A DNA stretch of 64,000 nucleotides from Candidatus Poribacteria bacterium (GCA_964291315.2 OZ219753.1:640001-704000); one strand, 5' to 3'; shown: positions 30,502-40,763, counted from the first letter of the stretch. Made by a program: numbers and translations. Notes: generated from the sequence alone by a model not told the origin.

Positions 30502-30914
30502 TCTCGATTTTACTATCCTTTTTCACTCCTGCAGAATCTATATATAGCAGGATTGTATTAAATTGGTTTACGGAGATCGTGTTTCAGCAGATTTTGACGT
30601 TTCTATTTTATCCTGCCAAAACTGCCGATCAGACGATGACAGGTGTAGGCACTCTGGCATGTTTTTCTTGTTTTTCATCTGAAATGTGTTAATATATACG
30701 GGTAAGAAACTATCCTCGCGATGTTGCCGGATCGATAACTATCTATAGAATGTCCCTAGGAGGGATGCTCTCAGTAGTCGGACCCATGGCAGTCTCCAGA
30801 AGTTACCGACTATAGTTGCCTCGTCTGTTTTTGCACAAGCAAAGCAATGTTAGCACGACTCATAGAGGAATCTGCACAGCTTTTGCTAGCGGAAGATGTC
30901 AAAGGAGTTGCAAA

Positions 30915-31976
30915 GTGAAATCTATTAAGATTGGAAAGAAAAAATTTAAGTTAGCATCTCGAATGAAACGTTTATACGCATTCTTTATAGACCTCATGCT
31001 TTTAGGTACCACAGTATCAGGTTCTTTGCTGTTTCTGATCATGTTAGATACTTTTCGTGTTGTGCAGATAGGGTATCCTGTGGACATGTTATGGCTTCTT
31101 TGCAGCATTGCCTTGTGCGGATTCGGTCTGTTTTTTATCGACGGCTTCAGAAGCGGTCAGGGGATCGGAAAGAAACTGTTGTCTTTACAAGTTATCCGAC
31201 TCAAAGACGGTAAACCTTGTACTTTCAAAGATGCTTTTCTTCGGCGATTTGCAGGGGTTTTTCAGCCCTTGGACTTCTTCTGGTTATTTGGAAGTAAACG
31301 CCAACGCCTTGGAGATGCGTTTGCTGAGACAGTTGTTGTGGAATTTGAACCGGTTCCCGAATTGACAGAAACCGAAGAGGCGGAAGGGGTTTTGGAAACT
31401 GTCATCGATGAGCTGAAAAGTAAACTTTCGGAAGCTCGCAGGAAAGTTGATGCCTCTATCGGCGTTGAAAAGCAGTTTCAGGACGCTTATGAGAGTGCCG
31501 TCATGCAGGTGGAAAGATGGCAAGAACGGGCTGTTGTCAATCTCAAGGTGGGACGTGAAGACCTAGCTCGCGAGGCTCTCGAAAAACGGAACGAATGTAA
31601 ACGATTAGCGGAAAAATATAGGACACAATCGGAAGAACAGAAACGGATCGTTCGTACACTTAGGGACCTCTTTGAACATCTTCAGCGACAGTTGATGGAG
31701 ATGGAGACAAAGAAAACCGTTGTCGTGGCACAACACAGAAATGTTGATGCTGAAGCACACCTCCGTGAGATACTAAAAGAGGTACAGGACAATAAGGCGT
31801 TCGAAACTCTTACGAAGATGGAGCAAGAGGCAACTGAGGCGACTACATTAGCAAAAGCTGCCGCTGAGATAGATGTCGCATATCAAGATACAGAATTAGA
31901 GCGCGAATTTGTAAGTTATGCGGAAGAATCTTCAATTGACAAGGACATCGCCGAATTAAAGGCGAAGCTATTGTAA
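30915..31976 (+). CDS. RDD domain fused to a PspA/IM30 coiled-coil domain
   Basis: N-terminal RLYAFFID...GQGIGKKLL.L.V...RQRLGD..A.T.VV (RDD); C-terminal WQERA...GREDLAREALEKR, FETLTKME (PspA); AAGGAG before GTG 30915. Confidence 0.85.
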   Translation: MKSIKIGKKKFKLASRMKRLYAFFIDLMLLGTTVSGSLLFLIMLDTFRVVQIGYPVDMLWLLCSIALCGFGLFFIDGFRSGQGIGKKLLSLQVIRLKDGKPCTFKDAFLRRFAGVFQPLDFFWLFGSKRQRLGDAFAETVVVEFEPVPELTETEEAEGVLETVIDELKSKLSEARRKVDASIGVEKQFQDAYESAVMQVERWQERAVVNLKVGREDLAREALEKRNECKRLAEKYRTQSEEQKRIVRTLRDLFEHLQRQLMEMETKKTVVVAQHRNVDAEAHLREILKEVQDNKAFETLTKMEQEATEATTLAKAAAEIDVAYQDTELEREFVSYAEESSIDKDIAELKAKLL

Positions 31977-32014
31977 CTCGGGACACGATGCCTTAACTTT
32001 CATCGGGAGATCTC

Positions 32015-33487
32015 ATGAGTACACATAAATTGCCGAATATTGTTTTCATCATGGCAGACGACATGGGATACGGTGATGTCGGCTGTTACAACCCGTTGTC
32101 AAAGATTCCTACGCCTAATATGGATAGACTTGCTCGAGAAGGAATTCGTTTCACTGATGCCCATTCTCCTTCTGCTGTTTGTACGCCGACACGATATGGC
32201 GTTTTAACTGGACGCTACTGCTGGCGGAGTCGACTTAAACACGGCGTGCTATATGGGTACGAACCACCGCTTATCGAACGCGAGCGTCTGACGGTTGCCG
32301 GACTCCTAAAGGATGCTGGTTATAACACCGCTTGTATTGGCAAATGGCATTTAGGGCTTGAATTTTCAACGCACTCCAGCTACGACTTCGATTTCAGTGC
32401 CCCGCTCCCTTGGCAGAACGCAGAACGTGAATTGGAAGAACATATCGACTTCACTGCCCCGCTCACTGGTGGTCCCATCGATCTCGGTTTCGACTATTTT
32501 TATGGAAACGCTGGGTGCCCAACATGCCAGCCCCCTTACGGGTTCATTGAGAACGATACTTTTATCGACATTCCAAGTGTCTATCATAACGTTCCAGAGT
32601 TCACGAGTCGCCCTGGAATGATGGTTCCAGGGTGGCATCATAAGGATGCCGATCCGATTATTGCACAGAGAGCCGTTGAGTATATTGAAGGACAAGCCGA
32701 CGCGGATGCCCCGTTTTTTTTGTACCTGACTCCTTCAGCACCGCATGAACCTTGCACAGAGGCGGTTGTTCCAGACTTTGCACGCGGTCAAAGCAGGGCT
32801 GGGCCCCGCGGTGATCTTGTGTGGCTTGTGGATTGGATGGTAGGAGAGGTAATGGACGTCTTAGAGCGGACCGGTAAAACTGAGGAGACGCTACTCTTCG
32901 TCACAAGTGATAACGGTGCTCTGCCCGGTGATCGAATTCAAGGCGATAATAGTCCCATGCCGTATCATCTCTACAATCACAAGTCATGCGGTGCTTGGCG
33001 TGGTTACAAAGCGCATATCTGGGAAGGCGGGCACCGCGAACCTTTGATTGCACGTTGGCCCGGTGTTATTGCACCGAATACCGAGACCGATGCTCTGATG
33101 TGTCTCACAGATCTTATGGCAACATGTGCAGCTATCGTCGGATCAGAAATCCCTGAAACCGCTGGGCAGGACAGTTGTAACATTTTATCTACACTATTAG
33201 GTGAGGAGACAGAACATCTGTTGCGATCGGCTATTGTGCATCACTCAAGCACCGGCGCTTTCTCTATTCGGCACGACGCTTGGAAACTGATTCTGGGAAC
33301 GCAAGGTTCAGGTGGATGGCCCCCACCTCGTGATGGTGGCCCTGATCCGAGCGGTCCCGGTCAATTGTATCATATCTACGATGACCCAGGTGAAACGAAC
33401 AATGTTTGGGAAACATATCCGGCAATTGTGGAAGGGCTGGCCGCGTTGCTGGTGACATTTGAGCGGGAGGGGCACAGCCGGATGTGA
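32015..33487 (+). CDS. Arylsulfatase family sulfatase
   Basis: PNIVFIMADDMGYGD, CTPTRYGVLTGRY, GKWHLG, SDNG, WEGGHR. Confidence 0.95.
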   Translation: MSTHKLPNIVFIMADDMGYGDVGCYNPLSKIPTPNMDRLAREGIRFTDAHSPSAVCTPTRYGVLTGRYCWRSRLKHGVLYGYEPPLIERERLTVAGLLKDAGYNTACIGKWHLGLEFSTHSSYDFDFSAPLPWQNAERELEEHIDFTAPLTGGPIDLGFDYFYGNAGCPTCQPPYGFIENDTFIDIPSVYHNVPEFTSRPGMMVPGWHHKDADPIIAQRAVEYIEGQADADAPFFLYLTPSAPHEPCTEAVVPDFARGQSRAGPRGDLVWLVDWMVGEVMDVLERTGKTEETLLFVTSDNGALPGDRIQGDNSPMPYHLYNHKSCGAWRGYKAHIWEGGHREPLIARWPGVIAPNTETDALMCLTDLMATCAAIVGSEIPETAGQDSCNILSTLLGEETEHLLRSAIVHHSSTGAFSIRHDAWKLILGTQGSGGWPPPRDGGPDPSGPGQLYHIYDDPGETNNVWETYPAIVEGLAALLVTFEREGHSRM

Positions 33488-33664
33488 GCAGCTGAAAACG
33501 GAGAGCATATAGCTGTACAACTATTCCTCGAAAACCACCTTCCTTGATACATATTTTCGTCTGGTTTTTAGATTCCGGATGTGTTATAATGATGTTTGTA
33601 TGCCGAAGTTTTCTATGATAAACGGTGCAACTTGAGTGCTGAGATAAAAAAGGAATGTTTTGTA

Positions 33665-34615
33665 ATGAAGCAGATAGAAATTCCCGGAATCAATAAAGAT
33701 ATTTCACAACTGATCCTGGGGACCATGATGTTTTCCCCGTTGAAATTTGACTACAGCACCGAGATGCTAGATGCTTTTTTTGCAGCCGGTGGAAATGCGC
33801 TCGACACAGCTCACGGTTATGGTGGCGGCGATAGCGAGATGCTCATTGGACTTTGGATGCGGCAACGCAACAACCGTGACGATGTTTTTCTTATTGATAA
33901 AGGTGGGCATCCACAAGTTAAGGTTCCACGTCCGCGTCTCTCTCCTGAAGAACTAAAAGCCGATCTTGATGAAAGTATTGCACGGCTCCGGACTGATTAT
34001 ATAGACCTCTACATGCTCCATCGGGATGATCCTGTGATTCCGGTCAGCACAATCATCGACTATTTGAATGAAGAAATAGGTGCTGGACACCTTCGTGCTA
34101 TTGCTGCCTCTAACTGGCAGCCGCAGCGTATCATTGAGGCTAACACCTACGCGGCGGAAAACGGACTTGCTGGGTTTGTCGCTTGCAGCAACAACATTAG
34201 TCTAGCTGTGCCGAGGGAGCCGATGTGGGCAGGTTGTGTTTGCGTTGATGATGCTGCACGCAAATGGCATAACGAAAGTCAGTTTCCATTGATGCCGTGG
34301 TCTTCACAAGCACGAGGTTTTTTCAGCGGGGCATTTACACAAGAGAATCCCAAAGACCGCGATATGGTACGCGTTTACTATAACGATAACAACTTTGAAA
34401 GGCTTGAACGCGCAAAAGAATTGGGAGTGAAGTCTGGCTACTCTGCTATTCAAGTATCTCTAGCGTATTGCCTAAATCTTTCTTTTCCTGTTTTGCCGGT
34501 TGTTGGCCCTTTGAATCTAACAGAAATGGAATCTTCCGTCGGCGCGGCTGCACTTAAACTTGATAATGCTGAGATGCAATGGCTTAACTTAGAAACGGAG
34601 AAAAACCCACTATGA
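33665..34615 (+). CDS. Aldo/keto reductase
   Basis: LILGTM, DTAHGYG, RLRTDYIDLYMLHRDD, ASNW. Confidence 0.92.
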   Translation: MKQIEIPGINKDISQLILGTMMFSPLKFDYSTEMLDAFFAAGGNALDTAHGYGGGDSEMLIGLWMRQRNNRDDVFLIDKGGHPQVKVPRPRLSPEELKADLDESIARLRTDYIDLYMLHRDDPVIPVSTIIDYLNEEIGAGHLRAIAASNWQPQRIIEANTYAAENGLAGFVACSNNISLAVPREPMWAGCVCVDDAARKWHNESQFPLMPWSSQARGFFSGAFTQENPKDRDMVRVYYNDNNFERLERAKELGVKSGYSAIQVSLAYCLNLSFPVLPVVGPLNLTEMESSVGAAALKLDNAEMQWLNLETEKNPL

Positions 34616-35697
34616 TGGTTCGGGTCCTTTTGCTACTGATTTGTCTCCAATTCATCAGTCTCTCGGTCGCCTTTGCTCAAGAAAGCTGAGGGGCCTGAAG
34701 CAACCCTGCAATCCCGCGTGGCGGGATCGGGTTAAGTGAAGTCAGTTTGACTTCAGAAAAGATGAAACGGTTCGAGGGGACATTCAGTATGATGGGGTGG
34801 TTTGATGCACAAGGCGGACACTTGGAAAAAAAAGGGATTTCCGCCGCCGGGCAAGTCATAGATGTGCCGTTGCATCGACACCATGTTACCCTAAACATTT
34901 TTCGCGTTGATGTTGGACTAAAATACCACTTTAATTTGCAGTGGATGCTTGAAGCAAATATCCCGTACGAAGTCAAAGCCCAAGAGGCGACTATTGAGGA
35001 AATTGAGCCTGTTTCCGACGCTCAACTCGAAGCGATTATACGTAATCGAGACAACCATCATCGAAATGAGACCTACACGGGGCCCACGGACACAGATGTT
35101 TTTTTGGGATATCGGACGTCAAGCGTTTTGATGGCAGATGATTTCTTAGTGGGGCGTATCGGAACAACAGTCCCATTCGGCAAAACCGAAGAAGACCCCT
35201 GGAAATTAGGAGATGCTGGTCTTGAGCATCTCCATATTCAGTTTGGCACTGGGACCTTTAATCCGGTCGCGGATTTACATTACGGTGTCCCGATCTACAA
35301 CGGACTCAGAGCAAATGGCAGTATCCGCGGGAAGTTTCCATTCTATGAAAATAACAAAACTTATCGTGGTTCCAGAGTGTTTACCTACACAGCAGGGCTG
35401 AGTTATCGTCTCAATGCTTGGCTTTCGTTTCAAACAGGTTATCTCGGATTTTATCAATCTTACGCGTATTGGGCAGGCGAACAGGACATCAATACAGGGA
35501 TCCGCTTCAGCATGGCATCCGTGGGGGCATTGGTTGCAACACCTTACGATATTCCAGTATCTCTGACACTGATGTTGCCTTTGAGCCAAGAAACGCTCTA
35601 TGATGACACGGCTGCCCTGTTAGAAGGGGTATATGACGAGAGCGATGCTTTCGAATTTGGTCCCTTAGTATCTCTCACCGTCTTTTATGCATTTTAG
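34612..35697 (+). CDS. Putative selenoprotein: secreted His-rich outer-membrane beta-barrel-like protein with N-terminal UxxU motif (U26, U29; 361 aa)
   Basis: ATG 34612 overlaps the upstream stop (ATGA); signal peptide MMVRVLLLLICLQFISLSVAFA; in-frame TGA at 34687 and 34696 in frame with track ORF 34747-35697; hairpin right after; QFGTGT motif; terminal Phe. Confidence 0.75.
34702..34733 (+). promoter_or_regulatory. Candidate bacterial SECIS element
   Basis: AACCC-tgca-ATCCCGC-GTG-GCGGGAT-c-GGGTT; G-led apical loop 19 nt after the second UGA and 28 nt after the first. Confidence 0.7.
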
Positions 35698-35736
35698 CAT
35701 CAGAGGAACGTTATACTTATAGGGCATTAAGAAAAA

Positions 35737-37875
35737 TTGATGAGAATCAAATTGCCGAATTTTTCAATGCGATACTTCGTAATTCTAACGTTGGCTATTG
35801 TCTGTATTGGTTGCGGGGTTCCAAACAATCCATATCCGAAGTCTGAACAGAACGAGGCTATCTATTATGATACGTTTCGTGCGGAGCCAAAGCATTTTGA
35901 TCCTGCAGTGTCCTACAGTTCGGACGAATATAGATTCCTCCAGCAAATTTATGAGCCGCCGCTACAGTATCATTACCTAAAGCGTCCGTACGAGTTAGTG
36001 TCGTTGACGGCTGAAACTATACCGCAACCTCAATATTTCGATGCTGCTGGGGCCCCGTTGTCATCCGATGCACCAGCGTCGTCCGTTGCGCGCGCTGTGT
36101 ATGAGATCCGTATTCGTCCGGGCATCATGTATCAGCCCCATCCGTGTTTCGCAAAAACCGAAAGTGGGGAGTGGCGTTATCGCGATCTGACAGCAGTAGA
36201 TGTGAAGGGTTTTACCCAAGTTAAAGATTTCCTGATGACAGGGACGCGTGAACTTATCGCCGCGGATTATGTTTATCAGATTAAACGCATGGCAGACCCA
36301 AAGGTCTCCTGTCCTATTCTCAGCACGTTGCAAGATTATATAGTTGGTATGGAAGCGTATGCTAATGCCGTTTCTGATGGTGAGGCTGATCATCCTTTCC
36401 CGGGCGTAGAAGTCGTGGATCGGTATACTTATAAAATTGTTCTCAAGGCGAAATATCCTCAGTTCGTGTACTGGTTAGCAATGCCCTTCTTCGCCCCAAT
36501 GCCTCATGAGGCAATTGATTTTTACGCTCAACCTGTTGTGAAAGAACGGAACATTACAATTGATAGATTTCCCGTAGGAACCGGTGCCTATCGGATAGAA
36601 ACACTTATCTCACATAAGGAGATAGTACTCGTCAAAAACGAAAACTTTCGGGTCGAACACTACCCGTCAAGCGGGGAAGCTGTGGATAGAGAAAACGGAC
36701 TTTTGGACGATGCCCGGGAAATCATTCCGTTTATACCGAAAGCTGTCTACAAATTAGAAAAAGAATATATTCCGCGTTGGAATAAATTCTTACAAGGTTA
36801 TTACGACATCTCCGGCATCTCCTCAGATACGTTTGATAGTGCGGTCGTTTTCAGCGATACCGGAAGTCCGTCAGCGAGCGAAGCATTGGGAACGAAAGGG
36901 ATAATTTTACGGACTAACATAGAACCGACGACCCTCTATTTAGCCTTTAATATGCTTGATGATACTGTTGGCGGGTATACTGATAAGAAACAGAAACTCC
37001 GTCAGGCGATTTCGATTGCTATTAATTATGAAGAGTACATTGAAATTTTTCTGAATGGACGCGGTATAATCTCACACAGTCCGATTCCGCCGGGTATCTT
37101 TGGTTACGAAGCCGATGAGATCGGTATTAATCCTTATATGTACGATTGGGATGAGGAGAGGAAGCATCCAGCTCGCAAATCTATTGAAGTAGCACGTAAA
37201 CTTCTCGCGGAAGCGGGGTATCCGGGGGGACAGGATAGTAAGGGTAACCCTCTTGTCATATCTTTCGACAATACATGGAACACGGCTGGTGCCACGGCTG
37301 CTTTAACGTGGATGCGGAACAAGTTAGAACAGCTCGGAATTACCATGGAAAGTCGTACTACTGACTATAATCGTTTTCGAGATAAGGTAAAGAACGGGAA
37401 TTTTCAGATGATCTTTTGGGGATGGCATGCTGACTACCCCGACGCGGAGAATTTTATGTTCCTTCTCTATGGTCCGAACAGCAAGGCCCGACACGATGGG
37501 GAGAACGCTGCTAATTATGACAACCCAGAATTCGATCGTCTCTTTGAAGAGATGAAAAATATGACAAATTCGCCAGAACGCTTGGCGATCATCCGAAAGA
37601 TGAAGCGCCTGCTGCAACAAGATGCCCCTTGGGTTTTTACCTATCATCCTGTTGATTTTGATTTGTCACACGAATGGCTAAAAAACAATAAACCGAGTTC
37701 CATGGGGACGAGAGCGCTAAAATATCTTCGTGTTGATGCAACGCAACGGGCGGAAAACCGTCAAGAGTGGAATCGGCCTATTCTCTGGCCTCTATGGTTA
37801 TGTGCTGCATTCCTTATTTTAGGGACGGTTCCTGCTATCATGACGATTTGGAAACAGGAACGAGGCAAGTCGTAA
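35737..37875 (+). CDS. ABC transporter substrate-binding protein, family 5 (peptide/nickel), lipoprotein with C-terminal transmembrane helix
   Basis: Lipobox CIGC; FDPA, IYEP, PVGTG, LRQAI..AIN, WHADYPD; hydrophobic C-terminal segment. Confidence 0.88.
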   Translation: MMRIKLPNFSMRYFVILTLAIVCIGCGVPNNPYPKSEQNEAIYYDTFRAEPKHFDPAVSYSSDEYRFLQQIYEPPLQYHYLKRPYELVSLTAETIPQPQYFDAAGAPLSSDAPASSVARAVYEIRIRPGIMYQPHPCFAKTESGEWRYRDLTAVDVKGFTQVKDFLMTGTRELIAADYVYQIKRMADPKVSCPILSTLQDYIVGMEAYANAVSDGEADHPFPGVEVVDRYTYKIVLKAKYPQFVYWLAMPFFAPMPHEAIDFYAQPVVKERNITIDRFPVGTGAYRIETLISHKEIVLVKNENFRVEHYPSSGEAVDRENGLLDDAREIIPFIPKAVYKLEKEYIPRWNKFLQGYYDISGISSDTFDSAVVFSDTGSPSASEALGTKGIILRTNIEPTTLYLAFNMLDDTVGGYTDKKQKLRQAISIAINYEEYIEIFLNGRGIISHSPIPPGIFGYEADEIGINPYMYDWDEERKHPARKSIEVARKLLAEAGYPGGQDSKGNPLVISFDNTWNTAGATAALTWMRNKLEQLGITMESRTTDYNRFRDKVKNGNFQMIFWGWHADYPDAENFMFLLYGPNSKARHDGENAANYDNPEFDRLFEEMKNMTNSPERLAIIRKMKRLLQQDAPWVFTYHPVDFDLSHEWLKNNKPSSMGTRALKYLRVDATQRAENRQEWNRPILWPLWLCAAFLILGTVPAIMTIWKQERGKS

Positions 37876-37926
37876 GCTGCCTATAGTCTTTATCAAACAT
37901 GAGTGGCGCAGGGCAAATGATAAAAA

Positions 37927-38907
37927 ATGCTTAGCTATATTATCCGTCGAACCCTTTACGCGATTCCAATTTTAATCGGCGTAAACCTCATTGTCTTTTT
38001 GCTTTTTTTCGTGGTGAACTCGCCTGACCAAATGGCGCGTACAATTCTCGGAGAGAAAAATATTACGCAAGAAGATGTTAATAATTGGAAAAAACAAAAC
38101 GGGTATCATCTGCCACTTTGGTTCAATGCAGAGGTATCTGGAAGCCAGCGATTTACGGAAACTATCTTCTTTCAAAAATCGTTTAAACTCTTTCTCTTTG
38201 ATTTTGGAACCTCGGATAGGAACAATATTAATATTACGTCACAAATTTCACAGCGGATGTGGGCAAGTTTCGCTATTGCACTGCCAACATTTCTACTTGG
38301 GCTCTCTGTGAATATTACCGTTTCAATGATTGTGGCTTACTATCGTGCAACTTACGTCGATTTCTGGGGCACAATCGTTGCTGTTATCCTTATGTCTGTG
38401 TCAGCGCTCTTCTATATCATTGGTGGGCAATGGATATTCGGGAAAATATTGCGCCTCTTCCCGATTTCTGGATATAATGCTGGTACCAACATGTTCAAAT
38501 TCGTAGCACTGCCTGTGATGATTGGTGTTATTAGTGGGATCGGTGTCGGAATTCGTTTCTATCGGACAATATTTCTTGAGGAGGTCAATCGGGACTATAT
38601 ACGAACGGCACGGGCAAAAGGGTTAAGTGAAGTAATAATTCTTTTTAAACATGCACTTAAGAACGCTATGATTCCGATTTTGACAAACGTTGTATCAACG
38701 ATCCCGTACCTCTTCCTCGGAAGTTTGTTGATAGAGGCATTTTTTGCAATTCCGGGATTAGGAAGTTTTCTGATCGAAGCTATTCAAGCACAAGATTTCG
38801 CAATTGTGCGGAGCATGGTGTATCTTGGGTCGGTGCTGTACATTATCAGCCTGGTTCTAACTGACATTAGTTATACTTTAGTGGATCCGCGTGTCCGATT
38901 TGAGTGA
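37927..38907 (+). CDS. ABC transporter permease (OppB/DppB-like)
   Basis: YIIRR, DFGTS, DYIRTARAKGL, HALKNA, LVDPRVR. Confidence 0.93.
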   Translation: MLSYIIRRTLYAIPILIGVNLIVFLLFFVVNSPDQMARTILGEKNITQEDVNNWKKQNGYHLPLWFNAEVSGSQRFTETIFFQKSFKLFLFDFGTSDRNNINITSQISQRMWASFAIALPTFLLGLSVNITVSMIVAYYRATYVDFWGTIVAVILMSVSALFYIIGGQWIFGKILRLFPISGYNAGTNMFKFVALPVMIGVISGIGVGIRFYRTIFLEEVNRDYIRTARAKGLSEVIILFKHALKNAMIPILTNVVSTIPYLFLGSLLIEAFFAIPGLGSFLIEAIQAQDFAIVRSMVYLGSVLYIISLVLTDISYTLVDPRVRFE

Positions 38908-38919
38908 GAAAAAGGAAAA

Positions 38920-39357
38920 ATGATTGTACAAAATAGGAGCTATCAAATTCTGCAAGGCGCGATGAGTCTGCTATTGGGAAGCATCAGTATTTGTTTATTG
39001 TTAACGCTCCGGCATTCAGGGTATCCGAGCATGATACTTTCCACTTTTCTGATAGTAGGGCTCACCTTGATTTTTTCGGGCGACTATCTTCTTAATCCTT
39101 TTAAATTGCCAGTCACACCGCGGAAACAGGCTTTAGCAAGTGATATTGGACTCATCGCTTACGGGGTCCTCTATTTTAGTATCGCTATGTCGAAACTCTT
39201 GCAACCACATTGGATAGTTGTTAATCTACCGGTCTTTTTACAACCGATTTGGATACGCCGCGGATTAGCTGGTGTCGGAATCGTCTTGATTGCTACGGGC
39301 GTTTACGGCATCTATCATTTATGGATAGATCCATTGCCAGAAGATCCTGCGGAATAG
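38920..39357 (+). CDS. Hypothetical membrane protein, about 4 transmembrane segments
   Basis: AAGGA site, 12 nt after the permease stop; four hydrophobic stretches. Confidence 0.65.
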   Translation: MIVQNRSYQILQGAMSLLLGSISICLLLTLRHSGYPSMILSTFLIVGLTLIFSGDYLLNPFKLPVTPRKQALASDIGLIAYGVLYFSIAMSKLLQPHWIVVNLPVFLQPIWIRRGLAGVGIVLIATGVYGIYHLWIDPLPEDPAE

Positions 39358-39405
39358 CAGCGGCTTTTGTCAAGTCCGGTTAAATGTGACTGCTTTCAGT
39401 ATCTA

Positions 39406-39714
39406 CTATCTTTTGGCGATAATCACGGCATAACGGAGTGGTGTCTCACCGACGTTACGTATTCCATGTAGGACTTGACAATCGACGTGAACAGCTTCGT
39501 TATTCCTGATCCGGTGTGTCTCTTCACCAAGTAGTACTTCACCTTCTCCTGAAAACACGTAGAATATTTCTTGTCCATCGTGTGTATGGGGCGGATGTGC
39601 GCGTTGTTTGGGGCCGACTTCTGATATATGGAGGTGGAGTTGTTCTCGATCCGCACCAGATGCAAAAATAAACCTATCAATTCCTTTAATGTCGCTTCTA
39701 ATTTCTTTTTTCAT
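39406..39714 (-). CDS. Cupin domain protein
   Basis: HPPHTH..QEIFYV.SGEG and LHGIRN motifs; start moved to MKKEIRS. Confidence 0.85.
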   Translation of the reverse strand: MKKEIRSDIKGIDRFIFASGADREQLHLHISEVGPKQRAHPPHTHDGQEIFYVFSGEGEVLLGEETHRIRNNEAVHVDCQVLHGIRNVGETPLRYAVIIAKR

Positions 39715-40276
39715 AAGAATTCTCCGTTCGCCTTTGCTTGCTAAATAGAACCTTCTAAAGCGTTTAGAGGTATGGTCTGATACTGTTTTGTGTATGAAAA
39801 AATCCTGCAGCCCTGCCTGGTTATGATTTAGGGAACCTTTTTCTCCGCCACTTAATTTTGTTAGGTGCCTTGCCTTGAAGGTTTCCATAGTTTTTTAGAT
39901 TTTCCTACTAGATCCCCAGAGTCCACCGATAGGCAAAGTCTCAGCTGCGTTTTCACTAGAGCCTTTTGCGTAGAGTAGACTACTAGTCTCTAGCGATGTG
40001 TTGTCAAACCTCGTTAGATATTTTTCAACTTTAAGAATTTTACAAGAAAAATAGTGTGTGGTCAAGAAAAATCTCAGGTGTACAACATTGGTTTATTAGA
40101 GATTGTGCTTGCCCACGGCTTAGTCTAGTTTATCGAAACTTCCGATACACCCCGGCGTACACTGGACATGTCCCTCGAATTTTATAAGACCTCTAGTCAT
40201 ATGAACGGAAGGTAGTACAACCTAACAGGTTATACTACAGAAGCTATCGCCTAGACCGCTTCTCATGAACAGAAAG

Positions 40277-40304
40277 AAGGCTGGCACGTTCATATGCCAG
40301 CCTT
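40277..40304 (-). terminator. Intrinsic terminator after the hsp20 pair
   Basis: AAGGCTGGCA / TGCCAGCCTT stem with pyrimidine-rich tails. Confidence 0.75.
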
Positions 40305-40331
40305 TTTGTTTGGTTTGTTTGGATAGATTGT

Positions 40332-40763
40332 TTAGGCCCCTGTGGCGACCGGGATTACGGTTGGCTTCGCCGCTTCCGGTTTCGGAATGGAGAGCATTAA
40401 CACCCCATCGCTGTATTCAGCTTTGATGTTGTCAGTCTCTACTTCCCGTGGAAGCCTGAATTTTCTTTGGAAACTGCCGTAGTGTCGTTCTATTCGACGA
40501 TAGTTCTGTGCATCATCAACCTTTTCCTGACGTTTTTCTCCGCTAAGCGTTAATATGTTATCCTTGACAGAAACATGCAGGTCGTCCTTTGTGACCCCCG
40601 GTAGCTCGGCCTGGATTTCGAAGCCCTCTTGAGTTTCAGAAATATCAACTGAAGGTGTCCATTTGTATGTTTCCTCGTCAGTACTTGTGTGATGCAGTCC
40701 AGAAGATGGCCCGTAAAACCTGAGCAGGTTTCCTACTGGTTGATGTAAAGTCAAATATGTCAT
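40332..40763 (-). CDS. Hsp20/alpha-crystallin small heat-shock protein
   Basis: P.VDISET, AELPGV, ERHYGSFQR.F.LP, A.Y.DGVL...PK. Confidence 0.95.
   Translation of the reverse strand: MTYLTLHQPVGNLLRFYGPSSGLHHTSTDEETYKWTPSVDISETQEGFEIQAELPGVTKDDLHVSVKDNILTLSGEKRQEKVDDAQNYRRIERHYGSFQRKFRLPREVETDNIKAEYSDGVLMLSIPKPEAAKPTVIPVATGA

Noticed and set aside
30700-30830. Short stems (TAGTCGG/CCGACTA, TCCCT/AGGGA) suggesting a riboswitch
   Set aside because: No match to a riboswitch consensus I recognise; stems this short can arise by chance.
30872-30887. Sigma-54-like CTGCAC-AGCTT-TTGCT upstream of the RDD-PspA gene
   Set aside because: The invariant GG of the -24 box is missing.
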